Positions 10,133 through 19,473 of a stretch of DNA of 64,000 bases are shown piece by piece (within the stretch, counting starts at the first letter, position 1; each line of letters begins with the position of its first letter). Origin of the DNA: a virus. Taxonomy: Duplodnaviria > Caudoviricetes. The DNA lies in the IMG/VR virus record IMGVR_UViG_3300021400_000045, positions 1-64,000 of that record. One strand, written 5' to 3'. The position numbers and the translations under genes were made by a program. Below the pieces are notes generated by a model that saw nothing but the letters and a program-made list of their open reading frames with translations, did no database searches and was not told the origin of the DNA.

Positions 10133-10435
10133 CGTTACTACCGTCTGTTTCCAGATACTTTAACACTGCTCGTGGCAGTCGGGCTGGACTATATCACCAT
10201 CTGCTCATCACAGATGTCTGGCACTTCGAGCGCCGGAGTTTCACCGCCGCCCTACTCCCGAAGGGATAGTCTCTACACCTGATCACTCAGGCACGGGATT
10301 ACCATGCGTTCAGTTTAGGCTTCCCCGTTAGCCGATCTAAAAGTGTATATATTATCATTGTGTTTTAGACCGACACCCAGCGCTTACTGGTTCACCAGAT
10401 TATTCGACACGCGTCACCGCGTGAAGCGACCATTG
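10133..10435 (-). ncRNA. Group I intron, ORF-less, 303 nt
   Basis: Exon ends in U (GAU); P1 with U-G wobble (CGAU/GUCG); P7 GACUA/UAGUC; terminal G; precise removal restores the frame. Confidence 0.9.
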
Positions 10436-12283
10436 ATCGATGCTCTTACCGACGATCACACTGATGATGTCCTCATACTTTTCGTAGCGCTCCACCTGCT
10501 CGTCCGTCTTGGGACAGCGGTTCAGGAAGACGCTGGCATAATTGCTGTACTCTCCGATCATGTTCTTCGTCGTCCGCGTCAACAGCAGTACGCGTCCGGC
10601 GGCGTCGTTCTTCTCCTCCAGTGCGGTGACCTTGTCCTCCATATCGATCACGATCGTGGCGTTCTCGTCAGACCCGTCCAGGAAGAGCGGGTTGTCATTG
10701 ACCAGTGCGATGTCACCGTCGAAGTCAGCACCGTTCAATCTCTGTGCTACCAGGCTTTTTATGTTCAGTATGGCCACGTTCGTCAGATGCCCGCACCATC
10801 TCCAGATCTCCGGGTCGTTGTTGATCCGAAGCACCACGTTCTCGCTGCGGCAGATGTGCGGGTTGCGCGTTACCACATATTTCCCGTCATAGGTGATGCC
10901 CTTCCCTTTCGTCCAGAACTCATCGGGGGCGAGACTGCCGACCACCGGCAGTCCCCCGATATGCTCCATCAGCGCGATCAGGTCAGGCGCAATAAACTTG
11001 AAACACGACTTGATGTACAGCTTGCCGCACTTCATATCGTTGATAAACTTGTCCAGCAGTGACATGATGTACTTGTTCACTGTCGGTTCTTTCATCATCG
11101 CGTCGTTCTTCGCGATGGCAGCCACATACGGGTTTAGCGCTTTGCACTTCCCGTCCACGATACCAAGAAAGCACTTGGTGTAAAGCTCGTCGCCGCTCAC
11201 GATCTTCTCTACCCACTCGGCAGACTTGTGGGCCAGCGTCTTGAACTCGTCATACGGCAAGTCCAGCGTCTGTAATACCTGGTAGTTGCTCCGGGTGTAC
11301 ACCGGTTCCTCGTCCTCGGTGAAATTGGTACGGGCGACCGAGATACAGTGGTCGTATTTACGAAACGCTTCCCAGTACCTGTCCCAGTCCCGGACGTCGC
11401 CGTACTTCTTGAAGTAGCCGAAGCCCTTGTACATGCTCATCGTCAGGATGATCATCTCGTCATGGATGCTGTGCCTCACGCCCCAGACGTCCGTTATATA
11501 TTCAACCCCGCGCTCCGACCAGAACCCCTCATAGTCAAACACATGCAGACAGCCCTTGATGAACGGCTGCCGGTAGATACATGACGTGATGGGCGTCGTG
11601 CTGTGGGTGATCTCCTCGATCCTCTTTGCTATGTTCCTGTGCATGATGCCGACGCCGTCGAAGGCGTTGATCTCGTAATCGAACCTGCCCTCGTCCACGT
11701 CCTTCTGCGTGAACTCGAACTCCTGTCCATCAGAGTTCGTATACTTCGTCACCTTGTCCACAAGGTGCTTGATGCGCTGGTCCGGGATAATGGTCTTGTA
11801 GTCCGGCACTACGATCATCTTGGGCACGAGCCCCTCTATACAGTGCGCTGACGACAGCGCCAGTCCGCGATATGCGTACCATTTGCTGAGTACCGTCTTC
11901 TCGATGGTCAGCCCCATCGTGATTCTTTCTTCAAGCTCGGCTGCGATCGACTCATCCACCATCGACAAAACGCCCTGGCGCACCATAGACGCGCTGCGCT
12001 CGCCGAGCACAAACCTGCGTCCGCGTATCCTAATGCCGTCAAATGCCAGCCTTGACAGTGTCACCGCAATGTCCTTGTGATAGTTGATGTCCACGAAAAT
12101 GATGTACGGGTTGTACTTCGATGACACGCCGGTGATCAGCCGTATCTGTCTCAGGTATTGGCTGTCTGTCTGTTTGATGAAATACTTCTTCTCTTCTTCG
12201 GGAGAAATGTTCAGGTTGAAATCAGCTCTCACGATCGTCCTCAGGTCGATTGACCTGACGATATACTGTGGTGGTGCCTGAAT
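10436..12283 (-). CDS. YonO-like single-subunit (cellular RdRP-fold) RNA polymerase, exon 1
   Basis: FDG, RQPFIKG, TRNPH and catalytic RLNGADFDGD; probable ATT start at 12283 after AAGGGGG. Confidence 0.88.
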
Positions 12284-12296
12284 GATTATCGCCCCC

Positions 12297-12491
12297 TTAT
12301 TGTGCTTTCAACTCCACTACACTGAATCCGATCTTCCCCCACGGGCAGTTGGTCTTCGGGTCATAGTCGCGTTCCGGCGGCTGGGAGAAGTCCTCGTCGT
12401 AGTCGTTGGGGAAGTAGTCCTCGCAATAGTTCTCCGTGCTCTTGCATCCTGTCAGCCGCCAGTAGCATGTGTCACAGCAGTAATTGCTCAC
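12297..12491 (-). CDS. Small Cys-rich hypothetical protein
   Basis: ORF coupled to neighbours. Confidence 0.55.
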   Translation of the reverse strand: MSNYCCDTCYWRLTGCKSTENYCEDYFPNDYDEDFSQPPERDYDPKTNCPWGKIGFSVVELKAQ

Positions 12492-12907
12492 TCAGCATCA
12501 CCGCCTGACGGGTCGTCCCCTTCCTCTGTGAAAGAGTTCGCGTTCAGGTAAGCCGTCACAGCGCTCTTCACCACATGGTTGTTCAGATCGAGGATGTACT
12601 CCTGTACCGCACTGAACGGGATATTGCCAAGCAGTCCGCTGGTCAGCGCCTGCATCAGGATGTCCGCTACCTTCGCGGGCTCCACCATCATCGGCTCCAT
12701 CGCAACCACGCGGGAGTTCCGCAGGATAAACGCCTTCTGCTGTGGCGTCAGCTTCTCCACGCCCAGGTTGACGAACACGTTCGCCAGATCAACAAGCACC
12801 TCATCATCGTTCACATATACACGCTGTACTCCGCGCAGCCGTGCGACCTCGCCCTCATTCTCCGGCTGCAACATCAAAGCCACTTTAAACCAATGCTTCA
12901 CTTCCAT
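12488..12907 (-). CDS. Hypothetical protein
   Basis: ORF with RBS in the operon. Confidence 0.65.
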   Translation of the reverse strand: MEVKHWFKVALMLQPENEGEVARLRGVQRVYVNDDEVLVDLANVFVNLGVEKLTPQQKAFILRNSRVVAMEPMMVEPAKVADILMQALTSGLLGNIPFSAVQEYILDLNNHVVKSAVTAYLNANSFTEEGDDPSGGDAE

Positions 12908-12922
12908 TCGTCATGTTCTCCT

Positions 12923-13159
12923 TTAGCTGAGCGTCACGCTGTCCTTCGTAACACAGGGGGCAGTGTTGCCGTAGGGCGTATTAGTAGTACAGGTGATCGG
13001 CCAGCTCGGCACAGTAATAGTGTTCCAGTTATTCTTGCCCTTCTCATAGCCGTCGTCGTACCCCTTGCGGTACGCGTCATCCAACATCTTCTGAAGCTCA
13101 CTGCGCGTCGTCTCGACATTGCCCTTGTCGTTCTCCTTTACACAAACAACGTACATCAT
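12923..13159 (-). CDS. Hypothetical protein (YRKGYDDGYEKG repeat)
   Basis: ORF with RBS GGAGG. Confidence 0.6.
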   Translation of the reverse strand: MMYVVCVKENDKGNVETTRSELQKMLDDAYRKGYDDGYEKGKNNWNTITVPSWPITCTTNTPYGNTAPCVTKDSVTLS

Positions 13160-13489
13160 TCATACCTCCTGATAATATTCAATGTCTCTCAACAGGCTGT
13201 GCCGCCTGTAGTAGTTTTCAAGATGCGCTCTGATCACGTCCCGGCGTCCAACGTCCGTGATCTGTTGGTTAGCCTCACCCAGAGCATCACTGATCAGGGC
13301 CTGCACCTCCATTGCCAGCATGGCCGGTGGCACGACCAACCGTGCCGCCGTTATCTTCACGATGTCCGCGATGCACGACGGGTCTTTCAGCACGATCTGC
13401 TGGCCAAACTCAACGCTGTCCATCAGTGCGTCCACGAAGTGCTCTACGTCCCAGCACTCCCAGTTGCCGGTCACGACGTCGTCACTCAT
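13160..13489 (-). CDS. Hypothetical protein
   Basis: Coupled ORF. Confidence 0.6.
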   Translation of the reverse strand: MSDDVVTGNWECWDVEHFVDALMDSVEFGQQIVLKDPSCIADIVKITAARLVVPPAMLAMEVQALISDALGEANQQITDVGRRDVIRAHLENYYRRHSLLRDIEYYQEV

Positions 13490-13859
13490 CCTTCTTCCCT
13501 TTCCGCAGAGTCGCAATCATCGCCTCATCGATCTCATGGATCCGCTTGCCAAACTTCACCATCTCCTCCATCAGGTCTTGCAGTGTCTTGGTCTTGGCCT
13601 TGTTGATCGTCTCGCGCATGTGCGTCCGGCCTACCGCGTCAAATACTCCGTCCAGCGTGGTGTAGTATCCGACGGCGTTGTAGTTGTACGTCCCGATGTT
13701 CTCCTGCTTCACCTGCTTGCCGCCCACGCCGCTCCCGGTCACCTTCTTGCGCCGGTACAGTATCAGGCAGTAGTTGTCCGCGCCAAGGTACCAGTCATCC
13801 ACGATCGGCAATACCTTGGGCTCCTTCTCCTTCTTCGCGGCCTCTTCCTCAGTTTTCAA
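13482..13859 (-). CDS. Hypothetical protein
   Basis: TTG start with RBS GAGGAG. Confidence 0.65.
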   Translation of the reverse strand: MKTEEEAAKKEKEPKVLPIVDDWYLGADNYCLILYRRKKVTGSGVGGKQVKQENIGTYNYNAVGYYTTLDGVFDAVGRTHMRETINKAKTKTLQDLMEEMVKFGKRIHEIDEAMIATLRKGKKDE

Positions 13860-13985
13860 TCAGCTCAACTCCTCTCGATCAATTCTAAGCAATGTTTAAG
13901 CAATGCCAGAGCCCGTCCACGGGTCGCCCCTATAACTTGTGAGGGTAAAAATATAAGCCCTCTGTAGGCTCGTAAACATTGCTTG

Positions 13986-14555
13986 TTATTCATCGTTGGT
14001 TTCAGGGGCGGGCTCGGCGTCCGGCTTGGGGTATTTGCGCGGGCGTCCCGGCGGGCGTCCTGTGGGCACGTACTTAGGCGCGTAGTCGTCGCCGATCATG
14101 GGTCGGCCCACCTTGGGGTGCAGCATTTCGTACTGCGACTTGGTCGGTTTATTGTACCCGCTCTCGCGGTAGGCCTTGATGGCCCTGGCGTCGTTATACT
14201 CCTGCTCGGTCAAAGGGCCGATATACATCGTGTCCTTCTTGTGCTCTCTGCGGTTGCTGTCTGTGGGCTTGGCGTCAATGGTCTTGAGCCCGTCAGGGCG
14301 CGTGATCTCGACAGCGTGTATGCTTCCGTTCCATGCGCGGGCGGCGACGTCAGGGTCTTCATACGCCGGTGTAGAAAGGCCGCATACCTTGCACTGTATC
14401 CAGCAGGCATGTAGGCTCCTGAACTCAGCCTCGCCGCCGCAGCATGGGCATTCCAATATCGGCGGCAGTTTATCGGGGAGCGGCTGGTAGCCGGTAGCGA
14501 GCGGGCTGACGAGCTCTATCTGCTTGCTGCTCCTGGACTGTACGATCCTGATCAC
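13986..14555 (-). CDS. Lar-like (restriction alleviation) Zn-finger protein with C-terminal AT-hook
   Basis: CPCCGGEA...IQCKVCG...AARAWN; GRPPGRPRK. Confidence 0.6.
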   Translation of the reverse strand: MIRIVQSRSSKQIELVSPLATGYQPLPDKLPPILECPCCGGEAEFRSLHACWIQCKVCGLSTPAYEDPDVAARAWNGSIHAVEITRPDGLKTIDAKPTDSNRREHKKDTMYIGPLTEQEYNDARAIKAYRESGYNKPTKSQYEMLHPKVGRPMIGDDYAPKYVPTGRPPGRPRKYPKPDAEPAPETNDE

Positions 14556-14848
14556 TCGGCATCACCCTCTGCTGTGTATTGCTCAATATACTCTATCGTG
14601 CTCTCCATGAACTTTTTCACATACCGGTCGAAGTCCGTCTTGTCGTGGATGCTGTCGATGTTCTCCCTGAGGTAGATCTCCAGCATACTGTGCACCCAGA
14701 GCGGTCGGGTGCCCGTCGTGTCAGACCCCAGCTTCCGGCAGCTGTTGATACGCCCGATGACGAACTCGATGGGCAGCCACCACTCGCTGTTCCCCCAGCC
14801 GTTGCCCACGCCCAGGTGCTCACCGAGCCCTTTGAAGAACTCAATCAT
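14552..14848 (-). CDS. Hypothetical protein
   Basis: Coupled ORF. Confidence 0.6.
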   Translation of the reverse strand: MIEFFKGLGEHLGVGNGWGNSEWWLPIEFVIGRINSCRKLGSDTTGTRPLWVHSMLEIYLRENIDSIHDKTDFDRYVKKFMESTIEYIEQYTAEGDAE

Positions 14849-15116
14849 TCTTGCTCTCCTTCACCAGCCAGTCGTTGAACATATCCCCGGCGAGCCAGAG
14901 CTGTTTCCAGATGCACCCGATGTCGATATCAGCGATATCTCTGAACGGCCTGTCTCCCACAAAGCGGAGTTCCGCGCCATTCTCATCGATAGCCCAGTAC
15001 GCCAGTGTGTAGCAACAGCGCCTGCCGCTTCTGTCGTAGTACCATTTGACCAGCTCTACATACGGTCGGTCGCTGACGATGTTTGTTGTGGTACGTATTT
15101 CAATAGTCTGTTCCAT
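14841..15116 (-). CDS. Hypothetical protein
   Basis: Coupled ORF. Confidence 0.6.
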   Translation of the reverse strand: MEQTIEIRTTTNIVSDRPYVELVKWYYDRSGRRCCYTLAYWAIDENGAELRFVGDRPFRDIADIDIGCIWKQLWLAGDMFNDWLVKESKND

Positions 15117-15304
15117 TCCCTGACCCCCTCTCTGTCGATCTCCAGCATCAGCGCCCCACACTCAGGGCAGTACTTCGTCATGGCGTAATCTCCGGCGGTG
15201 TCCTCCAGGGCAAACGTCATGCACTCCGAGCAGTACGGCGGGTCAGGAGATCCGTCCACTACCCAACGCGCCGTCGGCGGGCTCCATACAATGCTCATGC
15301 TCAC
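15056..15304 (-). CDS. Zn-ribbon phage protein
   Basis: CSEC...YCPECGA. Confidence 0.65.
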   Translation of the reverse strand: MSMSIVWSPPTARWVVDGSPDPPYCSECMTFALEDTAGDYAMTKYCPECGALMLEIDREGVREWNRLLKYVPQQTSSATDRM

Positions 15305-15606
15305 TCATCCCTCTCCATCATTGCCTTGATGAACCTGTCCCTGAACTCCAGCGCCGCCCGTGCCATGTACACAGCGCCGTCACCGGCCTCGTCCACAGTG
15401 TCCGCCAAGCGTCCGGCCACGAACTCGATAAACAGGTTATACACACCAATCATCATCAGCGCCCGCTTCTTGTCCCTCGGCCTCGTCTTCCGCACCGCGT
15501 AGCTCGCGGCTTCCTCTACGTATTCGTTCCACGGCTTGTACATGTCCGGCGTCCCAGGTTTCTTAAAGCCGCATGCATCCATCAGTTGATCAAGCTTTCC
15601 TGCCAT
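15301..15606 (-). CDS. Hypothetical protein
   Basis: Coupled ORF. Confidence 0.6.
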   Translation of the reverse strand: MAGKLDQLMDACGFKKPGTPDMYKPWNEYVEEAASYAVRKTRPRDKKRALMMIGVYNLFIEFVAGRLADTVDEAGDGAVYMARAALEFRDRFIKAMMERDE

Positions 15607-15926
15607 GCCTCAAACTCCTTCCCACACTCGTACAGTGTCTCTCTCACATACTTCATCAGGCGCTCCACACACGAGGGGTCACAGTCAAGCACCCCGCCAG
15701 TCAGGCAGCCCTGACACATCTCATCCGCGTCTTCTACCGGCGAGAAGCAGATGTCTATGCTCTCAATGCTCTCGTTCACACGGTGAAGCAAGCCATCGAT
15801 CCTCTTGAACTCAGGCAATGCCTGCTTGAGCTTCTTGCCGCGTCTGCCCGTCAGCTGAAGCACCACCCACAGCATGCACATGCACACGGCGGCGACCAGC
15901 AGGTACAGCAGTGTCGTATTGTCCAT
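15582..15926 (-). CDS. Membrane-anchored hypothetical protein
   Basis: N-terminal hydrophobic helix; RBS GGAGGTG. Confidence 0.6.
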   Translation of the reverse strand: MDNTTLLYLLVAAVCMCMLWVVLQLTGRRGKKLKQALPEFKRIDGLLHRVNESIESIDICFSPVEDADEMCQGCLTGGVLDCDPSCVERLMKYVRETLYECGKEFEAWQESLIN

Positions 15927-16585
15927 TAAAACTCACCTCCACACTTTCTAAGTACTTTCTTGTGCGGCTCCCAGTCGAACGTCTTATCGACCTTGCGCAC
16001 GATGGCCCGCTGTTCCCCGCGTGAGGTCTCGCAGACCACTACATCACCAGGGCTCAGTGTCTCAGCCAGCGCCTTGTCAGCGTACCAGCAGTAGTCGACC
16101 GTGTCGTCGGCCTTGTGTGAAGCATGCACCAGCCACATACAGCGCTCTTCTTCCGGGTACTGCATCAGCTTCTGGTCGATCTCCCACAGTCTCAGCTTTG
16201 CTTTTCCCCTGCGGTCGGACAACCGACCCACCTCTTCCATCAGGCTGCTAATCTTATTGTCGGTGTGCCAGATATCGGCCTTGAGATCTGCCCGCTGCCG
16301 GAGAAGGTCGCCGACTTCGCGCTTGCGGTGTAGCACCGTGTCATCCGGTGCGCTGAACTGCAAACACTTGATGGCCTCTTCCGTGGTCAGCTCCAGCGTC
16401 AGCACCCAGTCCTTCATATAGCCGTCTGTGTTTGTGTCAGTGATCGTCGTGCTGTCAACCCACTCCCCCGTCTCCATGTCGAGATAAGCGGGACGCCCAG
16501 CGCCGCCTGGAGCTCTCACCTTCCACAGCCACCGGCTATCGCCCGTGACCTTGTTCTCAAACTTCCCGATGCTTCCCTGATACAT
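15926..16585 (-). CDS. Hypothetical coiled-coil protein
   Basis: RBS AAGGAGG; C-terminal GDVVVCETSRG beta domain. Confidence 0.65.
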   Translation of the reverse strand: MYQGSIGKFENKVTGDSRWLWKVRAPGGAGRPAYLDMETGEWVDSTTITDTNTDGYMKDWVLTLELTTEEAIKCLQFSAPDDTVLHRKREVGDLLRQRADLKADIWHTDNKISSLMEEVGRLSDRRGKAKLRLWEIDQKLMQYPEEERCMWLVHASHKADDTVDYCWYADKALAETLSPGDVVVCETSRGEQRAIVRKVDKTFDWEPHKKVLRKCGGEF

Positions 16586-16745
16586 CGTCTTCCTCCTTAC
16601 CGAATGCTTCGTAGAATTGCCTGACCATCTCGCGCCAGGTGTCGTCATAGCCGTAATGGGCTGAGTACCAGTTGATGAAGTACGCCATCGTAAGCTTTGT
16701 CTTTGACATCCCGCGACTCAGGATCCAGTACACGCCATCAGCCAT
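16557..16745 (-). CDS. Small hypothetical protein
   Basis: RBS GGAGGAG. Confidence 0.55.
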   Translation of the reverse strand: MADGVYWILSRGMSKTKLTMAYFINWYSAHYGYDDTWREMVRQFYEAFGKEEDDVSGKHREV

Positions 16746-16997
16746 TGCCTACAGTCTCCTCCCGTCATGCCAGTCCATCCATATGCTCATCAACACCGCT
16801 GTCGCAAACAGTAGCAGACAGAACCAAATCTCCATCGCACCAGATCACCTCCCCACCGGTAAAATAAAAAAGACGAGCGCCGTCCGTGAAGGACGCACTC
16901 ATCCCGGCCACTGCTCTCAGCGGCAAGATCAATATACCATACTGTGGCCGATACGTCAAATCACATAGCCGATCCCCGCCGGTTAGAGGCATACAAC

Positions 16998-17016
16998 TTG
17001 TGACATTATGTCACAA
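16998..17016. promoter_or_regulatory. Palindromic operator TTGTGACAT-T-ATGTCACAA
   Basis: Perfect 9+1+9 palindrome; recurs at 36317-36333. Confidence 0.6.
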
Positions 17017-17129
17017 AACGCCCAACCGTAAACCTACTTGATCTCTTCTGGTTTACATTTGCATTGCCTGGGGCGCGGGATCATGGCGGGAAAGCAACAT
17101 GAAGGCCTGTACAAATCATCTGTAAAATC

Positions 17130-17750
17130 AGATATATTTATTTGTTTTATTCCCGAAAATCAGAAAAATTCTCTATCATTAGTATATTATATAATATTAT
17201 GTATACGTATAGTAATAGTAATCTTTGTAATACTAAGATTTATTGTGTCTATAATTTACTACTACAAAAAGAATCGATATACATAATCTCCGTATACAAA
17301 GGTATCAGATAATAATTTATGTATCTAAGAGAAGGATATACATAATCTTTGTAATCGAAAGGTATTAATAATAATCTCTGTACCAAAGGTATTATTTAAT
17401 AACTTATGTATCTAAGAGAAGGATCTACATATCTTTGTACTACAAAGATTAGACTCCACTAAATAATATCTTTGTAGACGATAGTAGAAGCATAGATGTA
17501 CAACGTTTTACCGGTTACATCTACAACATAGCTTACGACACTGTTCTAAGCTGTTTACATAACGAAAATGTAAACAGCTTAGAACAGGTAAAAGAGAAAA
17601 TATATTATATATATAATAATAAAAGCCGTTTAGTAACGGCTTAGAAGTACATCCCGTTTACAAAATAGTGACGTATACATTTCAGTCACTAAATGGCTTC
17701 TATTACCGTCACTAAGTAGTTATATGCTCAATTCTCTACACAGCTTAATA
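17130..17750. repeat. AT-rich non-coding block with degenerate palindromic iterons and a 20-bp perfect inverted repeat (candidate origin or att/res region)
   Basis: ATCTTTGTA..TACAAAGAT-like units at about 17220, 17285, 17344, 17373, 17431; inverted repeat 17541-17560/17568-17587. Confidence 0.7.
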
Positions 17751-17979
17751 GATAAGGGGTCTCCGCGTTTGAATTTCTTCGGGCCTATACAAACAAAAAG
17801 GAGCCGTCACATCCCTGGAGATGCAGCGGCCCGCCCGTAAGGGCGAACGGTGAAATCGCGGTTTATTGTTTTTTAATATTTATTTGAATCTCAAGGCCTG
17901 TCTAAAATTACCCTAACAAGTACCCAACCTTCTGCCTGGACACGGTCTGGGATTGCGTAAACATTGCTTGAAATTGAAA

Positions 17980-18864
17980 TTACTCTTCATCAGCCATCTC
18001 GTAAGTGTACGACAGCTTCATGTCCTTTACCTTCGTCTTGCCCAGGATGAAGTCACTGATCCCGCGACGCAGGCTGGTAGTCCTCGGAAGCCGGACGCCA
18101 ACATACGTCATCGTAGTGGCCTGACTCGCGTGGCGAAGCATGATCGATGTATCGGCCATCGCTAAACAGCTGTTCTGGATGTCTTTGCTCGTAGAGGCCA
18201 GAGTGTTCGCGATCGTCGCAAACGTCTTGCGCATCGTGTGGCTCGAACAACGCAGCCACGGAGCCGCTGCCTTCATCGCTGGCTTCAGCATCCGGTTCGC
18301 ATACTCCGGGTTCATCGGGGTAGTCCCGTGGCCTTTGTTGCTCGCGAACAGGTAGTCGCTGGGAGCAAACCCGTACTGACACTTGCACTTGTTGATGTAG
18401 CGGCTGATGTAAATCTGCATCGCTTCCGTGATCAGCATCTCGTCGTCGGCGCTGCACGTACGCTTGCCCGTCTTCTGCTCCCGGATGTCGATCACCCGCT
18501 TGAACTTCAGCCCGTTGCCGTCTGAGTAGTTGATCCCGTACTGTACAGGCACTATGCTCTCCAGGACGTCACTCACCCTCAGGTGACACAGGTCACTGAT
18601 GCGGAGTCCTGTACAAAGCCCGGTCACGAACATCGCGGCACCACGGGCGTCGCCCTTGGCCTCAAAGAACTCGATCACTTTCTGGATCTGCTCTCGGCTC
18701 TCAAGTGGCTGGGAGGTGCGGATCGTCGTAGTGGCCTTTGCTAATTCACGGGCGCGGGGAGTTGTGGATTCCTCTGCATCGCTCTGCCACGCGCCGGGGA
18801 AGAAGACCAGGTTGCTCTTCGCGGGGGCTTCGTACGTTGAATAGCTGTAGGCTGTACTCTGCAT
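17980..18864 (-). CDS. Tyrosine recombinase (integrase/Xer family)
   Basis: TGLRISDL (R), EQKTGK (K), SHTMRKTF (HxxR), LRHAS (H), TMTYV (Y): full catalytic set. Confidence 0.9.
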   Translation of the reverse strand: MQSTAYSYSTYEAPAKSNLVFFPGAWQSDAEESTTPRARELAKATTTIRTSQPLESREQIQKVIEFFEAKGDARGAAMFVTGLCTGLRISDLCHLRVSDVLESIVPVQYGINYSDGNGLKFKRVIDIREQKTGKRTCSADDEMLITEAMQIYISRYINKCKCQYGFAPSDYLFASNKGHGTTPMNPEYANRMLKPAMKAAAPWLRCSSHTMRKTFATIANTLASTSKDIQNSCLAMADTSIMLRHASQATTMTYVGVRLPRTTSLRRGISDFILGKTKVKDMKLSYTYEMADEE

Positions 18865-18924
18865 AAAATACCCTCCTCGGATAATGTAGAATCCGGTATG
18901 CCAGTCGGTCTCCCGACTAAGATT

Positions 18925-18953
18925 ATTATATCAGAAAATGTCGGTTTTGTAAA
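18925..18953 (-). promoter_or_regulatory. SigA-type promoter of the recombinase
   Basis: TTTACA-17 nt-TATAAT with extended TG. Confidence 0.7.
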
Positions 18954-19033
18954 TAGCTAAACGCTTATTTTACCAGGGCTTTCGCGGTTCTTGTAATTAC
19001 AAAATGTCTACTTTCCAGTGATGTATAATCAGG

Positions 19034-19118
19034 TGTAGCGGCTACGAAAAATAGGGCGCGATGCGTCATAGATCCTGGTGATGTAGAGGCTACGAAAAAT
19101 AGTGAACGATGGGTCACT
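19034..19118. repeat. Direct repeat TGTAG(C/A)GGCTACGAAAAATAG...CGATG(C/G)GTCA, two copies, 48-bp period
   Basis: Copies start at 19034 and 19082. Confidence 0.7.
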
Positions 19119-19473
19119 TTTATTCTACATGTTGTAGAATGAGAACGGGACGGGAAAATTTTGCAGGGGTTTTGGGACTGTGGGGACTGGAGTTTTTTGG
19201 GACTGTAGGAAGGGGCAGCTACAGCCAGGCGGTCGGGCGGTCGCGGTGGCCGGGATGTAAACGGGGGCGGGGCGTCTGTCGCTGAAAATGTCTGTTTTCT
19301 GATGGACTCTGACATTTCCCATGAGGTGGTACGCGCCTCCGCTGGTGCGCTCTCGCTCTCGCGGTCACGGTGTGCGAATTATGACGGGGGTCAGGGCTTA
19401 CACCTACATAAAAAGAAGGGCGCTCGGTGGCGTCCCTCTCTCGTTGTCGTGCTTTTTGCGCTCTTCTCACTTG

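Noticed and set aside
9422-12283. Split RNAP, dnaE and nrdD as pseudogenes, inteins or stop-codon recoding
   Set aside because: Each gap has group I intron hallmarks and precise removal restores a conserved motif in frame; other genes read normally in code 11.
10436-12283. RNA-dependent RNA polymerase implying RNA replication or RNAi
   Set aside because: The DFDGD enzyme in this context matches YonO, which is DNA-dependent.
17038-17286. 82-aa ORF in the AT-rich block
   Set aside because: Low-complexity Ile/Tyr-rich translation, no RBS, overlaps the repeat array.
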